The translations under genes and the position numbers were made by a program. This document shows, in pieces, positions 54,413 to 63,546 of a stretch of 63,973 nucleotides of DNA. The stretch spans positions 1 to 63,973 of the forward strand of contig JACROV010000012.1 in assembly GCA_016214285.1 (NCBI GenBank), written 5' to 3'. Under the pieces are notes generated by a model. That model made no database searches. It saw only the letters and a list, made by a program, of their open reading frames with translations, and was not told where the DNA came from. The first letter of the stretch is position 1; each line of letters starts with the position of its first letter. Origin of the DNA: Candidatus Omnitrophota bacterium (GTDB taxonomy: Bacteria; Omnitrophota; Gorgyraeia; Zapsychrales; Zapsychraceae).

Positions 54413-55519
54413 TCAGGATTTTAAAGAGTCGTTTTTATAGAATGTTCTTGAGCTTATTATCGCTAAATTTCTTGTATTGTCATCACCAAAATAAATTTTT
54501 TGCCCCGTACTCGCCATGGTGATGGGAAGAAAGCCGAGCCCGATCCCGCGCTGGCAATGCGGCGAGAAAGTTCCGCTGGTGACGACACCGATCGCTTCGC
54601 CGGTCGGCGCGTAAATTTTATTGTCCTGGCGTGGCGCGCGGCGGGTCTCGGAAATGAATCCGGCAATCTTGCGGCGCGGGCCGCCCTCCTTCTGTTGTTT
54701 TAGGAGAGCGTCTTTCCCGATAAAATCTTTGGTAAAGTCGACGAACCGCGCCAGGCCCGCTTCGAGCGGTGTCGTCGTTTCATTTATTTCATGTCCATAT
54801 AAACTGTACCCGACTTCAAGGCGCAGCATATCCCTCGCCCCCAGACCCGCGGGTTTGATGTTCGGGTTCTGTAGCAATTTCCGCCAGATGGCCGTTACCG
54901 TTTTGGAGGACGAATAAATTTCGTAGCCGAGTTCACCGGTATATCCGGTGCGGCTCACGCGCACCGTTTCCCCGAGAAGGTTAAAGCTGTCAAAAGTGTA
55001 ATAGGCAAGTTTTTCAATGCCGGGAGTTAAATCGGCAAAGATTTGTCGCGATAACGGCCCCTGGACATCGATCTTTCCGATCGCGGAAGAAACGTCTTCG
55101 AAGGCCTGTGGCTGTTTGAGGCGCGCGCGGAAATGCCGCGCGTCTTTGACGGTTGTGGCGCCGTTAACCACAATAAACCATTCCTCTCGTCCTTCGCGAA
55201 AGATGACCAGATCGTCAATGACACCACCGTGATCATTGAGCAGCATCCCGTAACGGCACGTATGGGCTGGCATGTCGGCGATCGACATGGTCACGAGCGC
55301 GTCCAGACCTGATTCACGGCAGTCGCCGTGGATCAGAAATTCTCCCATATGGCACGTGTCAAAAAGCGTGACGGCCTTGCGGGTGTGTTCGTATTCGGCG
55401 AGGATCCCCTCGTACTGCACGGGCATTTCCCATCCGCCGAACGGGACAATACGCGCCTTGAGGGCGGCGTGTTCGCTGTAGAGCGGGGTTTGTTTGAGTG
55501 TTTCTTGAGTCGCGGTCAT
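54413..55519 (-). CDS. gcvT: Aminomethyltransferase (glycine cleavage T protein)
   Basis: LFDTCHMG, SRTGYTGELGYE and GLGARDMLRLEVG. Confidence 0.96.
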   Translation of the reverse strand: MTATQETLKQTPLYSEHAALKARIVPFGGWEMPVQYEGILAEYEHTRKAVTLFDTCHMGEFLIHGDCRESGLDALVTMSIADMPAHTCRYGMLLNDHGGVIDDLVIFREGREEWFIVVNGATTVKDARHFRARLKQPQAFEDVSSAIGKIDVQGPLSRQIFADLTPGIEKLAYYTFDSFNLLGETVRVSRTGYTGELGYEIYSSSKTVTAIWRKLLQNPNIKPAGLGARDMLRLEVGYSLYGHEINETTTPLEAGLARFVDFTKDFIGKDALLKQQKEGGPRRKIAGFISETRRAPRQDNKIYAPTGEAIGVVTSGTFSPHCQRGIGLGFLPITMASTGQKIYFGDDNTRNLAIISSRTFYKNDSLKS

Positions 55520-55579
55520 TGCGGTTATCTTATAAAATTCTTTTGGGTTTGTAAAGACAATTCACCCCTTTGGAGTGAA

Positions 55580-56791
55580 TTACAGATAAACGACATCGGT
55601 ATCATGATAAAGCGAATGGAAAAGCAGCATATAATCGCGCAGATGGCGGGTTAACAGGAAGTTGTTGCGGACGTGTTCGCGGCCGTTCTCTCCCAGTTTG
55701 CGCGCGTAGGCGGGGCTGTTCAGGAGTTGTTTGATGGCGAAGGCGGCCCCATCAACGGAATGGCACAGCAATCCGGAATATTTGTTGGTGATCTGCAAAG
55801 GAATTCCCCCCACATGACCGGCGACGACCGGCTTGGCTTTCCACAGGGCCTCGCTGACGGTGAGGCCAAATCCTTCCTTGAGGGATTTCTGGACGATGAC
55901 CGTCGGGGCCCGCTGGAGAGCGTTGACCTCGATATCGTTGTGGGCAAGAAGCAGAATGTGGATGTCCTCGTCTTTACCCGCGCGTTCCCTGACTTCCTCA
56001 AAAACCTGCACTCCCTCCGGGTCGTCCGCCGCTCCCCCGCCGGCGAGGACCAGCCGGCAGTCGATATATCTTTTGACCTTTTTATACGCCTCAACGACCC
56101 CGACCGGATCCTTCAGCCGGTCGAAACGGGATATCTGGGTCACGATCGGTTTATCCCGCGGGATGTTGTATTTCAGCAAAACCGCGTCAATGACCTCTTT
56201 GGGCAGTTCCTTGTTTTTGTCACTCAAAGGATCAATGGAAGGCGCGATGAGAAATTGTTTGACGGGAAGCTGTTGGGCGAATTGCGGCGCGGAAAAAACG
56301 GCGGAGTCGTATTGAATGATGAATTCCCGCAAGAATTTCCAAAGCCCCGGGGCGGGGTTCGAGACATCGACGTGACAGCGCCACAGCCATTTGTTGTCCT
56401 TGCGTTTTTTGATCAGGGTGATCGGCTGGGGGTCATGGACGAAAACAATGTCCCCGCAGGTATCTATCTCCGCGATGTTCTTTTGGCCGACTTCCAGAAA
56501 ATGGCTGTAATCGTCGCCGCTGATGTCCGCCGGCCGGCCGTGCAGGGCATTGTGGAACTTTTTGGTTATTTCAAAGAACCGTTCCCCGCCTTTGATGACG
56601 TCCCATCGCGTTTTGACACCCAGTTCATTTAGAAGCGGGACCATCCGGTTGAGGATCTCCGCGACACCTCCCCCCACGGCGGTCGAGTTGATGTGCTGGA
56701 CGAGTTTCCCCTCCAGTTTCCCGGCAATCAGTTTCAGGTCGTCGATAACGGATTGGCCGACGATGGGGATGTAATCATCGATGGGCGTCAT
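55580..56791 (-). CDS. treT: Trehalose synthase, TreT-like GT4 glycosyltransferase
   Basis: NSTAVGGGVAEIL, HDPQP, WRCHVD, SRFDRLKDP and EGFGLTVSEALWK. Confidence 0.88.
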   Translation of the reverse strand: MTPIDDYIPIVGQSVIDDLKLIAGKLEGKLVQHINSTAVGGGVAEILNRMVPLLNELGVKTRWDVIKGGERFFEITKKFHNALHGRPADISGDDYSHFLEVGQKNIAEIDTCGDIVFVHDPQPITLIKKRKDNKWLWRCHVDVSNPAPGLWKFLREFIIQYDSAVFSAPQFAQQLPVKQFLIAPSIDPLSDKNKELPKEVIDAVLLKYNIPRDKPIVTQISRFDRLKDPVGVVEAYKKVKRYIDCRLVLAGGGAADDPEGVQVFEEVRERAGKDEDIHILLLAHNDIEVNALQRAPTVIVQKSLKEGFGLTVSEALWKAKPVVAGHVGGIPLQITNKYSGLLCHSVDGAAFAIKQLLNSPAYARKLGENGREHVRNNFLLTRHLRDYMLLFHSLYHDTDVVYL

Positions 56792-56792
56792 T

Positions 56793-57464
56793 TCAGCTTG
56801 CCATCCTTTTCTGGACGATCCCGATGATCGTCGCGCGCAGGTCTTCGAGCGTCTGCGTGTAAGGGTCCAGGCGCGCGATCCTTTTGGCCAGAGCGGCGTC
56901 TCCCAGCGAAGTTTCCATCCAGAGGGAGAAATCGTTCGTCCCTTTCTCCAGCCTTAACCGCGCCTCAAAAACATGAAAGTAGATCGAATCGATGGTCACT
57001 TTTTTAAGGATGTCGGCGAATTCCGACAAGTTCGCGGCCGCGTATTTGGTCGGCAGCACAAAGCTCATGGACCTGATGAAATGGAACTGCTGGTCCTCGT
57101 GCGCGAACCTTTTCCCGGCCGCCGGATTTTCCTTGAGATAGTCGGCGATCGTCGCGGCGATCTTGTCCCGCAGTTCCCGGATCGTCATGAATTGGACCGT
57201 ATCGATGCTGGCAAGCCTTTCGCCCAGTTCATTTTCCCCCAGGACTTCCTTCACCCAATAGGCGAAATCATTGGGTGGTTCCGGAGAAAGATACTGGTGT
57301 TGCTGCAGGAAACGGTGGGTATGATGATAGATACAGGCGCCGGGCACGTCGCGGACAAGTTCCAGCAGTTCTTCAAGCGTGGACGCTCTTAAGCCCGTCA
57401 ATGCCGAAAGGTGCATGCGCGTGTAAAAACGAAAAGGTTCAATTGTTTTGGCCGCTTCAGGCAT
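56793..57464 (-). CDS. DUF5752-like protein of trehalose clusters
   Basis: Duplicated module (CIYHH/SIYFH, NDFAYW/NDFSLW); the start MPEAAK overlaps the otsB stop. Confidence 0.75.
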   Translation of the reverse strand: MPEAAKTIEPFRFYTRMHLSALTGLRASTLEELLELVRDVPGACIYHHTHRFLQQHQYLSPEPPNDFAYWVKEVLGENELGERLASIDTVQFMTIRELRDKIAATIADYLKENPAAGKRFAHEDQQFHFIRSMSFVLPTKYAAANLSEFADILKKVTIDSIYFHVFEARLRLEKGTNDFSLWMETSLGDAALAKRIARLDPYTQTLEDLRATIIGIVQKRMAS

Positions 57465-58266
57465 GCGCGGCCTCTTTCTGGAAGTCCCGGAGCAGGCGAA
57501 GAAATCGCAGTACCTCCGCGGTATTTTTGACATAATAACGGGCCGCCGAGCGGCCGTTTTGTCCCACGAATACTGTGACCCCGTTTTTCTTCAAAGTCAA
57601 GAACACATCTTCATCGGTGCGGTCATCGCCGATATAAATGGGGAAAACACGGTTTTTCCCGCCCGCGCGCGCTTGTTGGGCCAGAAGCCATAAAACGGCC
57701 TTGCCTTTGTCCCATTCAATGGGGGGCTTGATCTCAAGGACTTTTTTCCCGGAACCGACCTTGATCTGTTTTTTCTTGAGGTAGGGACGGCATATTCGTT
57801 GGAAAGTTTTTGTAACGGAGCCCGTCATTTTCTCCGGGACCAGGCGGTAGTGGACGCTTAAGGTCAATCCCTTGTCCTCAATGATCACGCCTTCCAGTTT
57901 GGCAAAATTTTTGGCCAGATCCTCCTTGATCTTCGCGAATATTTTTCTGATATCCGGCGGCGTCAGGCTTTCAAAATGGATGCGCGGGCCGTCGATCTCA
58001 AAGCCGTGGTTGCCGACGTAAACGATGTTTTTTAATCCGACCATGCTCCGGATATCCTCGAGGGCCCGGCCGCTGATGACCGCGAGCTCGCAATCGCTTA
58101 GGCGCGTCAATTCTTCCAGAACGGCCTTCACCTCCGGAGAAAGAACGGCCTCCTCCGGCGTGGCGGCGATCGGCGTCAGCGTCCCGTCATAGTCCAGGTT
58201 CAGCAGGACAATTTTATCGTCCAGCGCTTTTTTGAGCTTGTCCCATTCGTCAAAAAGATATTTCAT
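57457..58266 (-). CDS. otsB: Trehalose-6-phosphate phosphatase
   Basis: DYDGTL, ISGR, YVGNHGFE, WDKGKA and GDDRTDED HAD motifs. Confidence 0.95.
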   Translation of the reverse strand: MKYLFDEWDKLKKALDDKIVLLNLDYDGTLTPIAATPEEAVLSPEVKAVLEELTRLSDCELAVISGRALEDIRSMVGLKNIVYVGNHGFEIDGPRIHFESLTPPDIRKIFAKIKEDLAKNFAKLEGVIIEDKGLTLSVHYRLVPEKMTGSVTKTFQRICRPYLKKKQIKVGSGKKVLEIKPPIEWDKGKAVLWLLAQQARAGGKNRVFPIYIGDDRTDEDVFLTLKKNGVTVFVGQNGRSAARYYVKNTAEVLRFLRLLRDFQKEAAHA

Positions 58267-58284
58267 TTCGCGCGTGTTTATTCT

Positions 58285-58545
58285 CTATTTTTTCCGGATA
58301 TTCCCTGATACCTTGCGGATGTGAACAATCCCCCAGGCAAGAAGTATTATGCCGGCGGCGACCGCAAGCCCGCCCAAAGAGACAACGAGCGGGGATTCCG
58401 GAAAGAACTTGATCGCGGCCATACCGGACACGGCGATCGCCAAAGCCGTGCGAACGTAAGCCAACAACGTCCGCTCATTCGCTAAATTTGTCCGTAACCC
58501 ATCTGGATTTTCTATGATATTTTTTAAGGGTCCGCCTTTGTGCAT
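58285..58545 (-). CDS. DUF202/YidH-like small membrane protein
   Basis: RTNLANERTLLAYVRTAL plus two TMs. Confidence 0.85.
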   Translation of the reverse strand: MHKGGPLKNIIENPDGLRTNLANERTLLAYVRTALAIAVSGMAAIKFFPESPLVVSLGGLAVAAGIILLAWGIVHIRKVSGNIRKK

Positions 58546-58546
58546 T

Positions 58547-60781
58547 TTAAACTTTTTTAAGCGCCGTCAGCTCCGTAATGATATTGGCCGCCCAGCGGTA
58601 AACATTGTTTTCATGGATGATGTTGCGCATGTTCCGCATGCGCCGCTTTTTTTCTTCCGCGGGCATCTCGATGGCGAATTTTATGCCCTCCGCGAACTCC
58701 TCGATGGCGTAAGGATTGATCAAAACGGCATCGGTCAATTCCCGGGACGCGCCGGTAAAACGGCTCAAGATGAGCGCCCCCGTCAAATCGGACTTCGCGG
58801 CGATATATTCTTTCGCCACTAAATTCATTCCATCGTGCAAAGAACTTACGATACACAGATCCCCCAGGGCATAATACGGCTTGATCTCATCGGCTGAAAA
58901 ATGTTTCTTTAAATAGATGATCGGCTTCCAGACCCCGTCGGTGTATTTCCAGTTCGTCTTCTCGACCAGTTCATCGATCTCGCCCATCAGATCATGATAA
59001 CGTTTGATGTGCGTGCGGCTGGGGGCGGCCAGCTGGATAAAAAGAAATTTATTTTTGTACTGAGGATATTTCTCCAGAAATCTGTCGATGGCCAGGATGC
59101 GCTCGCTGATCCCTTTGGTGTAATCAATGCGTTCCACGCTCACGGCAACGATCTTGTCTTCCAGGTCATATTCTTTCCGGATCGCATCCATATACCCCGC
59201 CAGCGCGTTCGAGGCATTGCCGCTGAATTGGCCGTCTATGCTGATCGGGAAAGGACGGATAAAGGTTTCCTTGCCGGAACGGATGACGCTGGATTTTTCC
59301 GTATCGATACGGCATTCCAGAAGCCGGTTTGCCGTATCAAGAAAATTGTTGCAATGATATTGCACGTGAAACCCGATCAGATCGCACGCCAGCATCCCGT
59401 CCAGGATCTCTTGCTGGTAAGGACAGATCGAAAAAACTTCGGAATTCGGCCACGGGATATGCCAGAAAAGGGCGATGGTCGCGTCGGGCCTTTTGTCTTT
59501 GATCATTTTTCCCAGCAAGGTGAAGTGATAGTCCTGGATGAAGATCAAAGGGCTTTTTTTAGGCAGTTCCTCCAGGATGCCGTCGGCGAATTTTTGATTG
59601 ACCTTTTTATACATCTGCCAGTCGGTCTCCCGGAATACCGGCCGGGTGTGGGTGATATGGCAAAGCGGCCACAACCCTTCATTGGCAAAACCGTAGTAAT
59701 AACCTTCCTCCTCCTCTTTGTCCAGCCAGACCCTTTTGAGAATGTAGCGGTTGTCCTCCGGAGGCACCCCCAATTTATTCCTGGAATTCGTGAATTTCCG
59801 GTCGGCGTTACCGCTGCCGTGGGCGACCCAAACGCCGCCGCAGGCGTAAAGGATGGGGTTGATCGCCGTTACCACACCGCTGGCCGGGCGGATGCATTTC
59901 GGTTTGCCCGTGGATTCGTCCATCACGTGCATGTAGGGTTCGCGGTTGGATACGACGAACAAGGCGTTGTCGCCCAGTTTGGCCCGGATGAGGTCTCTTA
60001 ATTTTGCCTCCGTCCAGATATCTTCCTTTTTGATACGCTCGGAAGCCTCCTCGGAAATGGCCCGGCGCGCGACGCGCAAATTCAGGGCGACCTGCTCGAC
60101 CTCATCGGCGAGTTTTCCCAGTTCATCTTTCCCCTTGATGGAGTGCATCTCGTCGGTCTCGCCTTTTTGGAAATGGGTAAACCATTCGGTGAGCCGCTGG
60201 ACAGGCAGGACGAATATCTGCCTTTGAATGAAAAACGCGATGATCAGGATGCAAAAGACCAGGATGATCAGCGTGACATTGATCCGCTCCCAGAGTTCCG
60301 TCAGGGTCGCGAAGACGAAGGAAGTGTCGTAAATGACCTCCACGACCCCTAAAATACTGTCTCCATTGTCGAATATCGGGACGGCGTAAGCGTAAACGGA
60401 GTATTCCTTGAAGTTTTCCAGCTCGCCGTGCGGCGTCTTTTCGGCCAAGATATCCCTGATGTAGGGTTTTTCTTTTTCGCGCCAGTCGGCAAACCGTTCG
60501 GTGATCGCGAAGATCTCTCCGGCGTTATCGTAAAGGACGCACCCCTGCAGCCTTTCCCGCGCCTGGAATTTTTCGACCAGCGCCTGGGCCCCTTTCAAAT
60601 CATTATGGAGCAAAATATATTTTGCCGAGAGGTCGATGCTCTCCGCGACCGCCTTCGCCTTGCGCTTCAATTCCTCCATCAGTTTTTGTTCTTCGGAGCG
60701 GACTTGCAGTGTGCCGAAAACGACAAAGGCCGCGGCGACAATGATCAGGATGGGTAAAATAAATAACAGAACTCTTTTCAT
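58547..60781 (-). CDS. otsA: Trehalose-6-phosphate synthase with an N-terminal two-TM sensor-like / HAMP region
   Basis: VVSNREPY, GLWPLCH, IQDYH, FWHIPWP, ERIDYTKG and DGMNLVAKEY; about 250 aa of extra N-terminal sequence with two TMs and KDELGKLA. Confidence 0.92.
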   Translation of the reverse strand: MKRVLLFILPILIIVAAAFVVFGTLQVRSEEQKLMEELKRKAKAVAESIDLSAKYILLHNDLKGAQALVEKFQARERLQGCVLYDNAGEIFAITERFADWREKEKPYIRDILAEKTPHGELENFKEYSVYAYAVPIFDNGDSILGVVEVIYDTSFVFATLTELWERINVTLIILVFCILIIAFFIQRQIFVLPVQRLTEWFTHFQKGETDEMHSIKGKDELGKLADEVEQVALNLRVARRAISEEASERIKKEDIWTEAKLRDLIRAKLGDNALFVVSNREPYMHVMDESTGKPKCIRPASGVVTAINPILYACGGVWVAHGSGNADRKFTNSRNKLGVPPEDNRYILKRVWLDKEEEEGYYYGFANEGLWPLCHITHTRPVFRETDWQMYKKVNQKFADGILEELPKKSPLIFIQDYHFTLLGKMIKDKRPDATIALFWHIPWPNSEVFSICPYQQEILDGMLACDLIGFHVQYHCNNFLDTANRLLECRIDTEKSSVIRSGKETFIRPFPISIDGQFSGNASNALAGYMDAIRKEYDLEDKIVAVSVERIDYTKGISERILAIDRFLEKYPQYKNKFLFIQLAAPSRTHIKRYHDLMGEIDELVEKTNWKYTDGVWKPIIYLKKHFSADEIKPYYALGDLCIVSSLHDGMNLVAKEYIAAKSDLTGALILSRFTGASRELTDAVLINPYAIEEFAEGIKFAIEMPAEEKKRRMRNMRNIIHENNVYRWAANIITELTALKKV

Positions 60782-60857
60782 CTCTTTCGCTCTTTATCTT
60801 TCTGGAACGTTTTGTAAAAATAGTGAAAATTTGACCGAAGGCAACAGTGTTTTTGGG

Positions 60858-61958
60858 TTATTTCCCGTTCTGCCACAGCCGCGCCAGACCGGCGTCGAGG
60901 AGTTCCTGGTTCAAATAATTTCCGGCTTGCGCGACCTTCGTGGGGCCGCTGAAATCTATGGTAACCCCTGCTCGCCCTCCCTGGGCTCGCGGGGTGCTCG
61001 CGGCTTCTCTGGATTGTGGAAGCCGCGGAGCATAAAAGACATCCGCCAGGTAGCGATCATATTTGTCGGTGGTGTCCTTGTGGGTCTTGACGACGATAAA
61101 ATCGAGGCCGTTGAGGCGCTCTTCCACGAAACGTTTCGCGCGTTTGCCTTCGGGCGTATTGATCTCGGGACAGTCGATGCCCCGCAGGCGGAACTTTTGC
61201 GTGAGGAACATCCGGAAATTCAGATGGACCCGGGCGATCAAAGTGTCGCCGTCGATGATCTTTTTGACCCCGGCCTTGTAGGTGAACAATTGTTCTTTGG
61301 GGACGAGGGCCGTTTTGAAAAAGCGGTCGTCGCGGACCTGGACACAGGCGTCTTTTTGAAGACGCATCCTTTTGATCTGCGCGAATCCCCAATGCAGCCG
61401 GAACCCCATGTCGACCAGCAGGTCTTTCTCTCCCTCGTCTTCAACCAGCGCGAAGGTGTTCACCCGCCCGCGGACAACGGTTAATTGAGGGATTTCCTTT
61501 TCCGCGTCTTTTTTGTCGTCACGTGTTTCTGCTGTGGCGGCCTGGATCGTCGTCATCTTATCCTTAAGTTCATCGACACTCCATCCTTTGAGGATGGCTT
61601 GATGTTCCAGTTGTTTACGTTGTTTCTCATCTTTAACCGTCATCAAATGCAAGAAATGGCTCCAGGGCAATTGCGTCAACCTTGACGCAATTGGGTAAGT
61701 CCGGTACAACTGGACGGTGCGTTCCAGCGTCCTTTTATTTAATGAAACTACAGGAACAAGCTGTTCATAAACGTGATCGCCGTACTGGGCCCGGCCTTTG
61801 TTTTTCAAGATCTCCCGGTTGACCCAGCGCCCGATGCGCCAGTAGCCAAGGGTCACCCGGCCTTTGACGTCCAGTTCCATGTTCCGGATTTCCCGTTTGA
61901 TGTCGGCGGCCAACTTTGAAATACTGCCTGGGGTGAGGAGGCTTTTCTTCATCATCAA
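60858..61958 (-). CDS. DUF1016 N-terminal-like domain fused to a thermonuclease (SNase) domain
   Basis: YWRIGR, QYG..V, LPWSHFLHL and WSVDEL (YhcG-N); IIDGDT, RLRGIDCPE, DKYDRYLA and NQELL..GLA (SNase). Confidence 0.8.
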   Translation of the reverse strand: MMMKKSLLTPGSISKLAADIKREIRNMELDVKGRVTLGYWRIGRWVNREILKNKGRAQYGDHVYEQLVPVVSLNKRTLERTVQLYRTYPIASRLTQLPWSHFLHLMTVKDEKQRKQLEHQAILKGWSVDELKDKMTTIQAATAETRDDKKDAEKEIPQLTVVRGRVNTFALVEDEGEKDLLVDMGFRLHWGFAQIKRMRLQKDACVQVRDDRFFKTALVPKEQLFTYKAGVKKIIDGDTLIARVHLNFRMFLTQKFRLRGIDCPEINTPEGKRAKRFVEERLNGLDFIVVKTHKDTTDKYDRYLADVFYAPRLPQSREAASTPRAQGGRAGVTIDFSGPTKVAQAGNYLNQELLDAGLARLWQNGK

Positions 61959-61985
61959 TTCCCCTTCTGGTTAGAGGTCGTGAAC

Positions 61986-62411
61986 TTAATCATCTGCTTT
62001 TCGTAACACGGCCAACAATTCCGTGGTCGAATAGACCGTTACAGTTATTTGTTTCTTCATGCCCTTATCATTTGACCAGACGGCGGCCTCGAGCTTTAAC
62101 GCCAGCGCCAGGTAAGGGGCGTCTTGTCGGTGCGAGGCCAGCGCCAGGGCTTTTGCCATGGCAGGCTGATATGATGTTTCAGGGAAGACCCGGATTCGTT
62201 GCGTCAACAGCAGGAATAGCGCTTCTATTTCTTTGGAGGGTAACCCGATCCGTTTTCTGATTGACGCGCTGGTCCGTAGATGGCGCCGCGTCTCCGAAAG
62301 CAGATGCTCGGGAGCGGCCAGGTCAAGCCTTGAATCCAGCAGAAGTTCCCTCGTGAGAGCTTCTTTCAGGAAAGCGGCCAGCAGGATGTTGGCGTCAACG
62401 ACAAGTTGCAA
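61986..62411 (-). CDS. vapC: PIN-domain (VapC-like) toxin
   Basis: VVDANIL, DAPYLALAL and WSNDK; TTG start coupled to the antitoxin stop. Confidence 0.9.
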   Translation of the reverse strand: MQLVVDANILLAAFLKEALTRELLLDSRLDLAAPEHLLSETRRHLRTSASIRKRIGLPSKEIEALFLLLTQRIRVFPETSYQPAMAKALALASHRQDAPYLALALKLEAAVWSNDKGMKKQITVTVYSTTELLAVLRKADD

Positions 62412-62413
62412 GG

Positions 62414-62638
62414 TCAGCCCGCCTTGTGTTTTTTTGATACGATTTTTTTGATCTTGGCGGCGTGGGCTCCGATGGAAGCATCGTCGAGCGTGCTGCCCGA
62501 AAGCATTTGGTTCATGCGTTCCAGAAGAAGCATTTTTCCGCGGATGGCCTGGCGGGCGACCTCGGACCAGTTCATCTCCTTGAATTTGTCCATTCTTTCC
62601 TTCAGGTCCACCGGGATTGCGAGCGTCATATTGGGCAT
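62414..62638 (-). CDS. RHH-type (VapB-like) antitoxin, 74 aa
   Basis: MPNMTLAIPVDLKERM...NWSEVARQAI; AAGGAG RBS. The longer ORF-track start lies in a duplicated fragment. Confidence 0.85.
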   Translation of the reverse strand: MPNMTLAIPVDLKERMDKFKEMNWSEVARQAIRGKMLLLERMNQMLSGSTLDDASIGAHAAKIKKIVSKKHKAG

Positions 62639-62663
62639 GGTTTGTATCTCCTTTCCTGCATTA

Positions 62664-62692
62664 AGTATAATATGTGTAAGCACATAATGCAA
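62664..62692 (-). promoter_or_regulatory. Sigma70-type promoter and operator of the vapBC pair
   Basis: Minus strand TTGCAT-17 nt-TATACT; nested palindromes TATGTG/CACATA and TGCATTA/TAATGCA. Confidence 0.7.
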
Positions 62693-62705
62693 GTAATTAT
62701 TCACA

Positions 62706-62808
62706 CAGCGCCCGATGCGCCAGTAGCCAAGGGTCACCCGGCCTTTGACGTCCAGTTCCATATTCCGGATTTCCCGCTTGATGTCGGCGGCCAACTTTGA
62801 AATACTGC
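62706..62808. repeat. 103-bp duplicate of the 5' end of the DUF1016-SNase gene
   Basis: Matches 61825-61927 with 2 mismatches. Confidence 0.9.
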
Positions 62809-62889
62809 TCGGGGAGAGAATGCTTTTCGTTTTCATCGGTTCTTTCTTGAAGCTACTTTATGTTTTTTCGATACATTTTTCTTGATCCC

Positions 62890-62942
62890 GGCGGCGTGGG
62901 CTCCGATGGAAGCATCGTCGAGCGTGCTACCCGAAAGCATTT
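62890..62942. repeat. 53-bp duplicate of the 3' part of the antitoxin gene
   Basis: Matches 62456-62508 with 1 mismatch. Confidence 0.9.
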
Positions 62943-63016
62943 TTTGCGCAAGAGTTTTCTTCATTTGCTGATTCTCAAGTCGGCCGCGGACGATCTGTTT
63001 CTGCTGCGCGCCGCTT

Positions 63017-63460
63017 TTATTCGTCCCACGCCACGGCGTCGGCGGGTTGGGCGGCGGGTTCGGACTGCTCCGCTTCACCGGCGGGGGCGGGTTGTTGTCC
63101 CGCGGCGGGGGCGCCTTGCCCTCCTCCGGCGGCGCCGGTCTTTTTCGGCATGAAATGGATGCTGTTGGCGATGATCCGCACGCGGCTCTGCGTTTTGCCG
63201 TCTTTCTCCCAGCGGTCCTGGCGGAGGCGCCCCTCCACGATAATGCCGCTGCCTTTGGTCAGGTATTTGTTGCAGTTCTCCGCGGCCGCGCCCCAGACCT
63301 CCACGTCGAAATAGGACACCTCGGTCGTCTTCTCGCCGTTTTTGGTGTACACCCGGTTGTTGGCGAGCGAGAGGCTGCAGACGGTTTTTCCTGACGGTGT
63401 GTACTTTAATTCCGGATCCCTGGTGAGATTCCCCATGATATTGACGCTGTTCAAGCTCAT
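63017..63460 (-). CDS. ssb: Single-stranded DNA-binding protein
   Basis: NSVNIMGNLTRDPELKYTPSG, DVEVWG and VEGRLRQDRWE; start MSLNSV at 63460. Confidence 0.96.
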   Translation of the reverse strand: MSLNSVNIMGNLTRDPELKYTPSGKTVCSLSLANNRVYTKNGEKTTEVSYFDVEVWGAAAENCNKYLTKGSGIIVEGRLRQDRWEKDGKTQSRVRIIANSIHFMPKKTGAAGGGQGAPAAGQQPAPAGEAEQSEPAAQPADAVAWDE

Positions 63461-63481
63461 GTCGGTCCTTTCTCTTTTAGG

Positions 63482-63546
63482 GGGACACAATACTTATTTC
63501 GGGATTAAGTACTGTGTCCCTCTTTTTGTATGTCCCTCTTTTTGTA
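63482..63546. repeat. GGGACA...TGTCCC hairpin plus a 16-bp tandem repeat
   Basis: GGGACACAATACTTA / TAAGTACTGTGTCCC (1 mismatch); TGTCCCTCTTTTTGTA x2 at 63515-63546. Confidence 0.8.

Noticed and set aside
62639-62836. 140-aa ORF as a real nuclease-antitoxin fusion
   Set aside because: The first 43 codons are a duplicated fragment and the frame reads through the vapB promoter; the RBS supports a start at 62638.
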